Counted from the first letter of the stretch, positions 9,841-19,351 are shown. The stretch: DNA of 64,000 nucleotides from Phormidesmis sp. (GCA_965248535.1 CBDFJR010000005.1:1728001-1792000); one strand, 5' to 3'. Made by a program: numbers and translations. The notes: generated by a model not told the origin, from the letters alone.

Positions 9841-11369
9841 AAAAACTTGATTTTGCGAGACGCATAGAGGCCCATTCGCAGCAAAATCAACCCTTCTCGC
9901 ACGTGAGCAATATTGGAGGTTCCGTAGGTGCGCGGCTGATAGCGGACAGGCACATCGACCATGTGTAAGCTCAATTTCGTGGCCCCAAACAGCAGATCAA
10001 AATCTCCAAAGGGGTCAAAGTCGCCAAAATAGCTGCGTCCGGCGGCGATCTTTTCGTAGTCTTCACGCCGTAAAACCTTAGTGCCACAGAGCGTATCTTT
10101 GAGCGGTTGCCCCAACAAAAACGAAAACGCCAGACTGAAGAATTTGTTGGCCCAATTGTTGAGCCAAGGCATGGCTTGCCCCGATCGGGGATAAACTAAC
10201 CGAGAGCCATTGGCAAACTCGCCGCGACCGGAGGCAATCACCTCAAAAAAATGGGGCAGATCTTCGGGCTGAACGGTCAAATCGGCATCTAGAATCATCA
10301 AGATATCGCCTGTTGCGTGCTCAAACCCCAATCGCACCGCGTCGGCTTTTCCTTTTCCTGACTGCTGAAAGGCCTTAAGCGTAAAGCGATCGTGCCCCTG
10401 CTGCACGACACGCTGAATCTCTGCCCAGGTGTCGTCTCGCGAATGTCCTTCGACAAAAATGACTTCAGTGTGCTTTCCAAGTGAGGGGAGGCGCTCGATC
10501 GCGCCACGAATATTGCCTGCCTCATTGCGAGCCGGGATAATCACTGAACAGGTGACTGCCTTCTCGTCGATCGCTGCGCCAACGGGTCGAGCCACGATGT
10601 AATGGGTGAGACAAAGATGGTTAATGCCGGGCAGATGGGCCAGAATGCGATTGAAGAGAAAGGTCAAGCCAGGAATCGGTTTGGGCATGAGAAACCGCCG
10701 ACCCGATCGCACGGGCAAATAGCCTGTGATCTTCAGCAGGTTTTGAACATCGGTCATAGAAAGCCAGCTTTGAGGCGGCTGCGGGCGACGTTGACCAATG
10801 CGATCGGCGAGGTGCAAGAGCGGCTGCCACAAAAAATTATGAAAGGTCAAAATCAGCCGCGTCCGAGGATGACAAAAAGCCTGTAGCTGCTGCAAAGCCT
10901 GCTGAATGTCTCCCAAATGACCCAAGGTGCCTGATAGCACGATGAAGTCAAACGGAACTGAATTGCCCAGATCGGTTGGAGTCACTGTTTCAACATCCAA
11001 ACAATAGAACTTTAGATGCGGATAGTTTGATCGAGCAATGGCGATCGTCACTGATGAAAAATCAATCCCAACGCCTCGATCCGGATTCAACGCTGCAAGC
11101 AGATTGCCCGTACCACAGCCCACTTCTAAAACGCGACTGCCCGGAGGAATCAAAAATTGATGCAAGCGATCGAGATCTTGGTAGTAATATTTGTTGCGAC
11201 GACTCCAGCGATCGAGATCGGGGGCAACCCCGTCAAAATAAGTTCTCACCTGCTCTTTGAAAGCATCTTTGAACAGCAATGTTGAGGATTGAGTCGTAGG
11301 TTGAGTCACAGGTGCAGTTCTAGAAGAGGAGTGCGGTAGGCACAGAGGCTCAATCTTCTCATATTGCAA
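9837..11369 (-). CDS. SAM-methyltransferase / family 2 glycosyltransferase fusion
   Basis: LEVGCGTG in the N-terminal domain. SVIIPARNE, DADL and DTLCGTK in the C-terminal domain. Start uncertain (possibly GTG 11309). Confidence 0.88.
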   Translation of the reverse strand: MQYEKIEPLCLPHSSSRTAPVTQPTTQSSTLLFKDAFKEQVRTYFDGVAPDLDRWSRRNKYYYQDLDRLHQFLIPPGSRVLEVGCGTGNLLAALNPDRGVGIDFSSVTIAIARSNYPHLKFYCLDVETVTPTDLGNSVPFDFIVLSGTLGHLGDIQQALQQLQAFCHPRTRLILTFHNFLWQPLLHLADRIGQRRPQPPQSWLSMTDVQNLLKITGYLPVRSGRRFLMPKPIPGLTFLFNRILAHLPGINHLCLTHYIVARPVGAAIDEKAVTCSVIIPARNEAGNIRGAIERLPSLGKHTEVIFVEGHSRDDTWAEIQRVVQQGHDRFTLKAFQQSGKGKADAVRLGFEHATGDILMILDADLTVQPEDLPHFFEVIASGRGEFANGSRLVYPRSGQAMPWLNNWANKFFSLAFSFLLGQPLKDTLCGTKVLRREDYEKIAAGRSYFGDFDPFGDFDLLFGATKLSLHMVDVPVRYQPRTYGTSNIAHVREGLILLRMGLYASRKIKFF

Positions 11370-11576
11370 GAGTCACTTTAATTCAGCATCGCCCGCCTTA
11401 ATAAACTCTAATGTCTTCCGTCAGACTTGTGGATGTATCCTACATTTATTCAGTTGCGCCGTTGCAGGCGTGAGCGATGGATGACTATAAAACTCTGAAA
11501 GCCCGATCGTGGCCCGGTTTTGGTTTTGAGATCCCAACGTTGAAAAAATCCCTATAGTTTGGTGGGTGCTAATAAA

Positions 11577-13490
11577 ATGACCATTAAAAAATCTTCAGTC
11601 GGCAGTCTGGTTTTGCTCTTCGGCTTAGGCGTGGCTTTGCAGCCGATCGCGACGTTTCTCTCTAGCCCTTCCGTTGGGGCACAATCGGTCAACTTTGCGC
11701 TGCCTAGCTCGGTGCCCTCAGGAACGACCCTTCAAATTGATGGCTCAACCAGCATGGACAGCCTCAATCAGTCGTTAAAGCAGCGCTTTGAGCAGCAATA
11801 TCCTGGCACAAAAGTCAATATCAACACGGTGGGCAGCGCCGCCGGACTGCAAGCCCTGCTCGATGGAAAAGCCGATTTAGCCGCGATCGGTCGCCCCTTA
11901 ACCGACCCCGAAAAAGCCCAAGGGTTAGTCGCCGTGCCAGTAGCGCGAGACAAAATCGCGATCGTGGTCGGCGCTAATCGTTCTCTCTCAAAAGGACTAG
12001 ACATTAACCAGTTCGCTAAGATATTTCGCGGTGAAATCAAGAACTGGTCAGACGTTGGCGGCGCGGCGGGCCCGATTCGGCTGGTAGACAGACCCGTGAT
12101 GAATGACACCCGGCAGGCGTTTCGCAACTATCCAGCGTTTAAAAACGCCCCTTTTGAAACAGGTGCTACTGCCGACAAGCTCAATGATGAGAGTCCGGCG
12201 GCAGTGATTCAAAAACTGGGGAAGGATGGAATTAGCTATCTCCCAGCGCATCAGGTGCAAGGTCAGGCGGGTGTTAAAGCCGTTGCCATGCATGGGGTGG
12301 CTCCGACCAATTCTAAATATCCGTTCTCGCAGGCTTTGTTTTATGTCTATAGAGCCACCAATCCGCCTAGCACCGCAGTGCAGGCATTTTTGGGCTATGC
12401 GGCTGCAAAACCAGGTCAGGAGGCGATCAAAGCGTCTGGGGTCGAAGCGATCGTGCCCACCCTCTTAAACGCAAAGGCGGCTCCGCTAGCTGCTAAATCG
12501 GGCGGGGTAGCGAATGGAAAGGCGAATGCTGACGGCAACGCTGGCGCTAACAAGTCCGCAAAAAACTCTGCTGGCAATAAAGCCGCAGCGCTGTATGCTC
12601 CTGGGTCGAGTCAGACGACTGAAACCGCAGGTAAAACTGCATTGCTGCCGCCGTCTGGGGCGACGAGTGGGGCTGAGTCAGAAAAAATGCCTTCATGGTG
12701 GTGGTTGCTGCCTTTGGGGTCTCTAGCGGCCCTGTTTTGGATGCTAGGCAAAGAGCGATCGCGTCCCGCTGCTCGTCCTTACGCTCCCCCCACGGCTGGC
12801 TATTCGGATGACACAAATTTTCCGGGAGGCTTTGATCCCCACCGATCGCAGCCCGATCTCCTAGGAAGGGACACCGCTAAGTCTTATTTAGACGGCGATC
12901 GAGACACCACCCCTGCTGAAACCTCGCTGACTCACCCGCAGGCAACAAGTGAGTCTTCACCTGACCCAATCACGGGGTCTCCTAACCTGTTGGAGCGCTC
13001 TAGCAATCTGGCCGCAGGTGCCGCGATCGCAGGTGGGGCAGGAACGGCTGCTTGGTCATTCTTGGGCGATCAGGCTCAATCAGACTCCTCGCCTCTAAAA
13101 GCATCGGCGGGCGGGGCGGCTCAGAGCACCGGGCTAGACAATCACCCCTTGGCTGAGACTGAAGGGCAGATTAGCATTTTGCCGCGCAGCGCTGAGTGGG
13201 CGACGCTGCGCTGGAATGTGCCGCGATCGCTGAGAGCAGACGTGCCTCGCCAAGGAGGAGAGCGGTTAGTGGTCAGGCTTTATGATGTCACAGGGCTTGA
13301 CGTAGCGCAGACCCCCGATCGCTTTCAGCAGTTTGACTGTGATGATTTGGCGTTGAGTTGCAATGTGCCGCTTCCCGCTAGCGATCGCACCTATCTCGCT
13401 GAAATTGGCTACCTGGGTGCCGACGATCGCTGGACGCGATTTGCCCGATCGACTCCGGTTTGGGTGCCTGCCACGACTCGAATGGGTTAA
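11577..13490 (+). CDS. PstS-like phosphate-binding domain + TM + DUF4912-like C-terminal domain
   Basis: Signal peptide, IDGSTSM, GS.AGL..L..GKADLAAIGR; TM WWWLLPLG; C-terminal RLYDVTG...YLAEIGY. Confidence 0.75.
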   Translation: MTIKKSSVGSLVLLFGLGVALQPIATFLSSPSVGAQSVNFALPSSVPSGTTLQIDGSTSMDSLNQSLKQRFEQQYPGTKVNINTVGSAAGLQALLDGKADLAAIGRPLTDPEKAQGLVAVPVARDKIAIVVGANRSLSKGLDINQFAKIFRGEIKNWSDVGGAAGPIRLVDRPVMNDTRQAFRNYPAFKNAPFETGATADKLNDESPAAVIQKLGKDGISYLPAHQVQGQAGVKAVAMHGVAPTNSKYPFSQALFYVYRATNPPSTAVQAFLGYAAAKPGQEAIKASGVEAIVPTLLNAKAAPLAAKSGGVANGKANADGNAGANKSAKNSAGNKAAALYAPGSSQTTETAGKTALLPPSGATSGAESEKMPSWWWLLPLGSLAALFWMLGKERSRPAARPYAPPTAGYSDDTNFPGGFDPHRSQPDLLGRDTAKSYLDGDRDTTPAETSLTHPQATSESSPDPITGSPNLLERSSNLAAGAAIAGGAGTAAWSFLGDQAQSDSSPLKASAGGAAQSTGLDNHPLAETEGQISILPRSAEWATLRWNVPRSLRADVPRQGGERLVVRLYDVTGLDVAQTPDRFQQFDCDDLALSCNVPLPASDRTYLAEIGYLGADDRWTRFARSTPVWVPATTRMG

Positions 13491-13756
13491 CCCCTAAAAA
13501 CACGTATCGATGGAATAGAGTTCTCTAGCTTCAGGGTTCTCGCTGATTTCGCCCCTGTCTCACCGGACGATCGCTCGGTGAGATTTTTTCTCACTAGTCT
13601 AGGTTGAAATGTTGTCAACAGTACAGACCGCAAGGCTCATTAAGCTATCCTTTAGATAGGTTCTGCTAAGAGTCGGGTTTTCTAAGATCGAATTGTCTCC
13701 GCAGCAAAGCTACAACGGCACTACAGAATTTTGATGCTCTCTCACACAGGTTTGCC

Positions 13757-13975
13757 ATGTCTAACGTTAATACCTCTTCACCCTCCCCAGATAATGCCCG
13801 CCCTCTAGCGTGTGAAACTCAGGTTTGGGATAGCCTCAAGCGGGCGATCGCCGACAGTTCGGGGTTTAAGGGCTGGAAGATCGAGCGAGAAGTAGACAAA
13901 CACCTGACGGAATTGAGTCTTGACACGCTTGTTCACACCTATCTGCGCGAGACTCTAGAAACTCTCGCTTATTAA
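13757..13975 (+). CDS. Conserved small cyanobacterial hypothetical protein
   Basis: 72 aa with W..LK.AIA.SSGF..W and YLRETLETLAY. Confidence 0.75.
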   Translation: MSNVNTSSPSPDNARPLACETQVWDSLKRAIADSSGFKGWKIEREVDKHLTELSLDTLVHTYLRETLETLAY

Positions 13976-14022
13976 GGTCAATGCTTGCAGAGTCTCTCTC
14001 GGTTTGCCCCCTGATTAGGGGG

Positions 14023-14574
14023 CTATTTTTTGAGCAAAATGCTGCCAAGCGGTGACTTGAGGCGATCGCTGAGATCACTCAGGCGACGATAGGCATCGAC
14101 GATGCGATCGCCATCCACCAAAACCTCTTGAGTTGGATATTTCTGCACAACTTCTAAAATCGAGAGTTTGCCATCTCCACTGGCAGAAAGCGCCAGCGCC
14201 CCCCGTAGCGCTTGACGATCAGCCCCGCCCGTCGGCGTGCGAATGGCTTGACTAAGAGGATCGAGCAGGGCGTTTCCGATCGGGCCGTTGAGCACTCGAT
14301 CGAGCACGATCGGGTTGATGCGGATCTCTTTAGTGAGCATTTGCCGCACCGCTTCGGGCTTTTGACCTGATAGTTTCAAATGAGCTTGCAGCGCGGGTGA
14401 GGCATTTCCGGTTTCGGCAAAAGTGGTGAGGTCGTTGACTGAAACCGATTCTCGCAAAATGCCGTATTTCAAAATCACTTGTTGAGCCGCAAAAGCGGCC
14501 GAGCCAGCAAAGGCAGGGCTGGTAGCGACTCCCAAAATCAGCAGAAGACGAAGAGACAAACCTGATAATTTCAT
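14023..14574 (-). CDS. DUF1400-family secreted protein
   Basis: Signal peptide, A.Q...KYG, L..FAETG, ALRGAL..SA, YPT. Confidence 0.75.
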   Translation of the reverse strand: MKLSGLSLRLLLILGVATSPAFAGSAAFAAQQVILKYGILRESVSVNDLTTFAETGNASPALQAHLKLSGQKPEAVRQMLTKEIRINPIVLDRVLNGPIGNALLDPLSQAIRTPTGGADRQALRGALALSASGDGKLSILEVVQKYPTQEVLVDGDRIVDAYRRLSDLSDRLKSPLGSILLKK

Positions 14575-14639
14575 GAGTTTAGGGAAAGAGGTCTGGTTTC
14601 TTACGACGATAGCGCCCTGCAATAGGTTCGCTCGTGGGG

Positions 14640-14963
14640 TCAGTCTTTAGGCAGAATTTCGCTGACAATCTCATAGGTGCTGATCATCGGCACGGCCGAA
14701 AACAGCGGAGACATTTTCTTGAGAATGGCTTGATGCGCCTCGCTGCTGTTGGCTTCCATTAGGGCTTCGCTCTCCCAAAAAATGACCGAAATGCCGCGAT
14801 CGGTGTCTTTTTCTCTCAGCAAATAGGCTCCTAAAAAGCCCTCTGCATACATCGCAACGGCGGTTTGATAGAGTTGCTGCGCTTCGGCAAAGGTGCCCGG
14901 TTTGAATTCTCCGATCGCGACTTGAGCACATTTGTGAATCAGGAAATCTTGGAAATCTGTCAT
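14640..14963 (-). CDS. Antibiotic biosynthesis monooxygenase (ABM)-like protein
   Basis: GFLGAYLL..GISVIFWES..H. Size fits a dimeric alpha-beta barrel. Confidence 0.7.
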   Translation of the reverse strand: MTDFQDFLIHKCAQVAIGEFKPGTFAEAQQLYQTAVAMYAEGFLGAYLLREKDTDRGISVIFWESEALMEANSSEAHQAILKKMSPLFSAVPMISTYEIVSEILPKD

Positions 14964-15234
14964 AAGACCCGGTTGGTTGAGAGACAACAGTTAAATCAGG
15001 GATGCTTATCATTAAACTCCGTGAGGCGATGCCTTCGAGTTAACTCTGCTTAAAACCATATATTTCTTAAACCACCCGTCAGGGAACTTAGCGCCCTTTG
15101 AGTTTGTCACGGCCCTGAGTTCTAAGTTGAGATTAGGTGCTATGGTCTATTGCTGACATCTGAACTTAGGTCAGACTTTTGACGGATTAATTTTCAACTC
15201 GATCTCTTCATCAACTCCTACACAAAGCACCGAT

Positions 15235-16968
15235 ATGTCACGCCAGGGTATTCAAAATCTTTCGATTTCTCACTTCAAAACTCGGTTTGCCGCTTGCTCA
15301 GGGTTAGCAACCCTGGTGTGGATGAGTGGCGGTGCATTGTTGGCTCAACCGGTGCCGACTGCACCCAGTGTGGTGGTTCCTGTGGTCACGCCTGAAGCGA
15401 CCCCAACCGCACCAAGCGTTGTAGTTCCAACACCAACACCAACGCCAACGCCGAACGCGCTGCCATCAGTGCCGACTCAGCCGAATGCAGTGCCGACTCA
15501 GGTGCCCATTGCCAGCGGCATTGTTTATGTAAATCCGGCATCGGGCAGCGATCGCTCAGATGCGGGGCGAGTGGATGCCCCCTACCGCACGATCGCCTTT
15601 GCGCTGCAACAGTCGGCAGCAGGCACAGTCATTCAACTCGCGCCGGGCACCTACAGCAAGGAAAGTGGCGAGACGTTTCCGATTCAACTCAAGCCCGGTG
15701 TCGTGTTGCGGGGCGATGAGCCAAGCAAGGGGCAAAGCATCCAGATTACGGGCAGTGGCTCCTATAACAGCAAGACATTTGCGACTCAAAACGTGACGAT
15801 TTTGCCAGGGCAAAACAGCGAGATTCGGGGAGTCACCGTCACAAATTCTAATTCTCGCGGGACGGGGATTTGGGTTGAAGACACTGATCTGACGATCGCT
15901 AACAGCACCTTTACAAAAAGCGTCAGAGAAGGCGTGTTTGTCACAGGCACCGCCAATCCTAAAATTCTCGACAGCATCTTCACCCAAAATCAAGGCAATG
16001 GCATTTCAGTAGCCAAGGCTGCACGGGGCGAGATTCGCGGCAACGTGTTTACAGACACTGGGTTTGGGTTAGCGATCGGGGGCACCTCTGCGCCGATCGT
16101 CGATGGCAATCAGATTAGCCAAAACCAGGATGGCATCTACATCAATGACAATGCTCGTCCGATTCTTCGCAACAACTCGATCACCGACAATAAGCGTGAT
16201 GGAGTGGTGGCGACGATCGGCGCACAACCCGATTTAGGCACGGCTGAGTCGGCTGGAAACAACACGATTCGCAATAACAAACAATTCGACCTCAATAACT
16301 CGACGGGCAGCAACACGATCGTGGCGATCGGCAACAGCATCGACCCCAAACGCATCTCTGGAAAAGTCGAGTTTGTTGCTAGCAATGGCACCTTTACCGA
16401 CACTCCAGGAAACTGGGCGCAGGCTTATATTCAAGCCTTGGCTGTCAAGAAAGTGATTACGGGCTTCCCAGACGGCAGCTTTAAGCCCAACGATCCCGTG
16501 ACTCGTGCTCAGTTTGCAGTGATTGTGAGCAAAGCCTTTAGCCCTGCCCCTCGACGAGCGGGGACTGCCTTTAGCGATGTTGCTAAGAGCTTTTGGGGAT
16601 TTGACGCGATTCAAGCGGCTTCGCAAGGTGGCTTTATGGCGGGCTATCCTGGCGGCACGTTTAAGCCTGACCAAAAGATTCCCAGAGTGCAAGCGCTGGT
16701 GGCGATCGCCAATGGCTTAGAGTTTGGCGACGGCAATGTTTCGATTTTGTCAAAATACCAGGATGCGACAGCGATTCCGTCTTATGCGAGTGGAGCGATC
16801 GCGGCGGCAACTACCCGCCAAGTCGTCGTCAACTACCCGATCGTCGGCACGTTAAATCCTAATCGGGAGGCAACTCGCGCAGAGGTTGCAGCGTTTGTCT
16901 ATCAAGCGTTGGTCAATGCAGGAAAAGCACAAGCGCTCCCGTCGCCTTACGTGGTCACTACTCCTTAG
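15235..16968 (+). CDS. DUF1565 / right-handed beta-helix protein with three C-terminal SLH domains
   Basis: YVNP..G.D...PYRTI, LAPGTY..ETFP, beta-helix repeats. SLH motifs GFPDGSFKPN..TRAQF, GYPGGTFKP, TRAEVAA. Confidence 0.88.
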   Translation: MSRQGIQNLSISHFKTRFAACSGLATLVWMSGGALLAQPVPTAPSVVVPVVTPEATPTAPSVVVPTPTPTPTPNALPSVPTQPNAVPTQVPIASGIVYVNPASGSDRSDAGRVDAPYRTIAFALQQSAAGTVIQLAPGTYSKESGETFPIQLKPGVVLRGDEPSKGQSIQITGSGSYNSKTFATQNVTILPGQNSEIRGVTVTNSNSRGTGIWVEDTDLTIANSTFTKSVREGVFVTGTANPKILDSIFTQNQGNGISVAKAARGEIRGNVFTDTGFGLAIGGTSAPIVDGNQISQNQDGIYINDNARPILRNNSITDNKRDGVVATIGAQPDLGTAESAGNNTIRNNKQFDLNNSTGSNTIVAIGNSIDPKRISGKVEFVASNGTFTDTPGNWAQAYIQALAVKKVITGFPDGSFKPNDPVTRAQFAVIVSKAFSPAPRRAGTAFSDVAKSFWGFDAIQAASQGGFMAGYPGGTFKPDQKIPRVQALVAIANGLEFGDGNVSILSKYQDATAIPSYASGAIAAATTRQVVVNYPIVGTLNPNREATRAEVAAFVYQALVNAGKAQALPSPYVVTTP

Positions 16969-17254
16969 ATTTCCTACCTATCTGCTTTGGAGCAAAACAA
17001 TTTATTATTTTTGTCCCAAAGCGGATATACGGAAAACTTCTGTTTATTCGCTTAGTATAGATTCTTGATGAGAGAACGAGGAAGGAGCAATCTCAAAAAA
17101 CCTAACTTGCAAGGAAGTGATGGCGCTAGAAAAAATATTGAGATCTCTAGGCTCAGGGTCTGTACATCCATCTAAATGATTGACCATAAGTTCAAATTCT
17201 TGGTAGAGGCAATAGTTAAACATCCATCTATTGAAACCAAGTTTCTGAGCCCTA

Positions 17255-17776
17255 CTACCACTGCTCACACTCGCAACGTTCTAAATTACTATTTGCTGCC
17301 TTACAACCAAGTTTTTTCTGATGTTCTAAAACCGGTTTGGTGTGCACCCTCTTTGCAAAACGCTTTGCCTCTCGTCCTTTAGACATCAAATATTTACATA
17401 GTTTCTCAGCCATGAGCGGCTCAATAGTCACATTAAAGTGTAGATGTCGGACATTTAAGCATTTTCCCTCTGATTTTTTATCGGCAATGAGACCAACTTC
17501 TTGAAGCTCATCTTCTGTTACCCAAATAAAGTCGATGTCCTGCTCTCTAGGATTTCGATCGTCAGTTCGAGATGCTACTACGCCATAAAATTCCTGATCT
17601 GTGCTAACCAGCCAAATGCTATAGAGGTGAGTCGGTTTATCGAATAAACTTTCAGCAACGGCCCTCGCCCGTTCTTCTATTGTGTTACATTCTTCAGGCT
17701 CCCATCGAGTACGGCTACGAATTTCTCGAATGTACGCAGGAGGTTGGATACCGAAATCTAATAAGCTGGGTAGCAT
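17255..17776 (-). CDS. Putative ADP-ribosyltransferase-fold toxin (CmdT-like)
   Basis: YIREI..RW, then YSIW, IDFIW...EL..VG and G......HFNV. Pattern resembles R-S-type ART toxins of TAC systems. Confidence 0.55.
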   Translation of the reverse strand: MLPSLLDFGIQPPAYIREIRSRTRWEPEECNTIEERARAVAESLFDKPTHLYSIWLVSTDQEFYGVVASRTDDRNPREQDIDFIWVTEDELQEVGLIADKKSEGKCLNVRHLHFNVTIEPLMAEKLCKYLMSKGREAKRFAKRVHTKPVLEHQKKLGCKAANSNLERCECEQW

Positions 17777-17799
17777 ACCTGAAGTAATATCAAATGAGG

Positions 17800-18441
17800 T
17801 TATGAGATTTCCTGAAGAGCTTCTTCAGCATAGTTACGAATATATAAATCTGGCTCATGAGAGCAGGAAAATCGACTAAGCAAATCTTTGATTGGTTCCA
17901 TGTCTGTCCCTTCAGACAGAATAATTAATGCATCAATTATGGATGCTTTAAAGATGCGTGTATTACTGACCGCAAAAAGGTTCAATATCAATTGAAATCT
18001 ATCCTTAGCAGGAATCTGATGAGAATAAGAGAGTCCTCTGAGCAGCACCTCCCAGAAATCATCTAGATTAGATAGCTTACCGTTACTTGAAGAAGATATT
18101 AATAAACTAGCAGCTTCCAAATACTGAATTGCATCCTGCAGAAGGCTGATATCCGTACATTCTGCCAATAAATCAGAAGCGCCATCATAGGCATCTGAGA
18201 CTTCCTTGTTTCTGCTCCACTTCAAAATCGCTAAGATGGAACTCAGGGATTTTGTATTTTGAAAGACAAGCTTCCTCAGCTTTGCTCGTTGTGCATGAGA
18301 TGCAAGGAAGTACTCACGAATGAGAAGATCCGGATCGCTGGATGTATAAAGAGAATCGACTGAGGTTGTTTTGATAGATTGATATGGTAGCTCTGTACTG
18401 GATTTAGTCTTAGAAACAGTTCTATCTATTGTGCTAGCCAT
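17800..18441 (-). CDS. Helical (HEAT-like) protein with disordered Ser/Thr-rich N-terminus; putative antitoxin
   Basis: ATG 18441 preceded by GGAG overlaps the upstream gene. C-terminal IIDAL..L...L..F...EPD.YIRNYAEEALQEI is HEAT-like. Confidence 0.55.
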   Translation of the reverse strand: MASTIDRTVSKTKSSTELPYQSIKTTSVDSLYTSSDPDLLIREYFLASHAQRAKLRKLVFQNTKSLSSILAILKWSRNKEVSDAYDGASDLLAECTDISLLQDAIQYLEAASLLISSSSNGKLSNLDDFWEVLLRGLSYSHQIPAKDRFQLILNLFAVSNTRIFKASIIDALIILSEGTDMEPIKDLLSRFSCSHEPDLYIRNYAEEALQEIS

Positions 18442-19184
18442 TGGAACCCCCACTCCTGCTTGATATCTTCCTGAATTAAATCTAAGAATGCCTTAACGGT
18501 GTGTTCATGAGCTGCATCAAACCAATCTGTAATCTTAGAGTCTGTGTTAATACTCTGAGATGTTAGCTCAAAAAAAATAACGGGAGAATCATCTTCGATT
18601 CTATGTCTTTGATTTAGAGATACCGTCAAAGTCCCTAGATTGTTGGGCATCATAAACTCAAGGTTAGAGCTATGTAATCCCGGCTTTTCAAGAAAACCGT
18701 TCCATCTTTTACCTGCAAAAGTAAAGATCTTGCTCGTGTCGCCTGAATTATTCCAGCCAAAATTTTTATCTACTTGGTTTAAGTAAGTTAGCTCATAACG
18801 TATGGGCTGCAATGGCAAACTACCAAACTCCAGCCACCAATTCTGGAAGATTTGCCACTCTTGGTCAAATTTTGGATAGATTACTTCGTAATGAGGATAT
18901 TTATCCGATTCATTCTGACTGCGCCAATTGTAATGAAACCGATTTGCCTGTAATTGAATCAATTGTCGTTTGTCCGCAGACTCAAACCAGACTCGGCGTA
19001 ACCTGGGCAATATAGGAAAGTCAACATCTCCAATGGGGGGTAAATCCTGCGGCGGGACTGGAAAACGCCCTCGAATCAACTGCCAGTAAAATCCGTAATG
19101 AATAGCAGAGAAGTCTGGAGCATTGAATTCAACTCCGCATACAACCTCTATCAACGGTGATTTTGTAAACTTAGCGATCGTCAT
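18426..19184 (-). CDS. TIGR04255 family protein
   Basis: PLIEVVCGVEF, R.WF...LIQLQ.NRF.YNWR...YP.YE, RYELTYLNQV, F..AHE...F; 252 aa. Confidence 0.85.
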   Translation of the reverse strand: MTIAKFTKSPLIEVVCGVEFNAPDFSAIHYGFYWQLIRGRFPVPPQDLPPIGDVDFPILPRLRRVWFESADKRQLIQLQANRFHYNWRSQNESDKYPHYEVIYPKFDQEWQIFQNWWLEFGSLPLQPIRYELTYLNQVDKNFGWNNSGDTSKIFTFAGKRWNGFLEKPGLHSSNLEFMMPNNLGTLTVSLNQRHRIEDDSPVIFFELTSQSINTDSKITDWFDAAHEHTVKAFLDLIQEDIKQEWGFQWLAQ

Positions 19185-19351
19185 TCGCCCAAAAACCTGC
19201 TATGAAACTTCAACTGGTAGCGTACTACTGTCTCTAGATTACTCCTAATTAGGAGGTGATAGACCCACTATGAGCCACGTCGCAGACAACATAACGTAGA
19301 GGAAAGAAAAGCGATCAGTAGGGAGTAAAATGAAATTGGCTATCCAATATC

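Larger units (their letters stand above)
16969..19350. other. AT-rich horizontally acquired islet
   Basis: Hand counts: 20/60 GC in line 17881 and 24/60 in line 18661, versus 33/60 in flanking line 16441. No full HIP1. No integrase or terminal repeats seen. Confidence 0.75.

Noticed and set aside
15350..15505. Short repeats (GTGCCGACTCAG, CCAACACCA) in the SLH gene
   Set aside because: Ordinary Pro/Thr linker coding repeats.
17044..17268. 74-aa minus-strand ORF as a fourth islet gene
   Set aside because: Non-ATG start, no RBS or recognisable motif. It cannot be excluded as a decayed gene, but nothing supports it.
16969..19350. IS or prophage origin for the islet
   Set aside because: No transposase, integrase or terminal/direct repeats detected by eye; the mechanism of acquisition is unknown.
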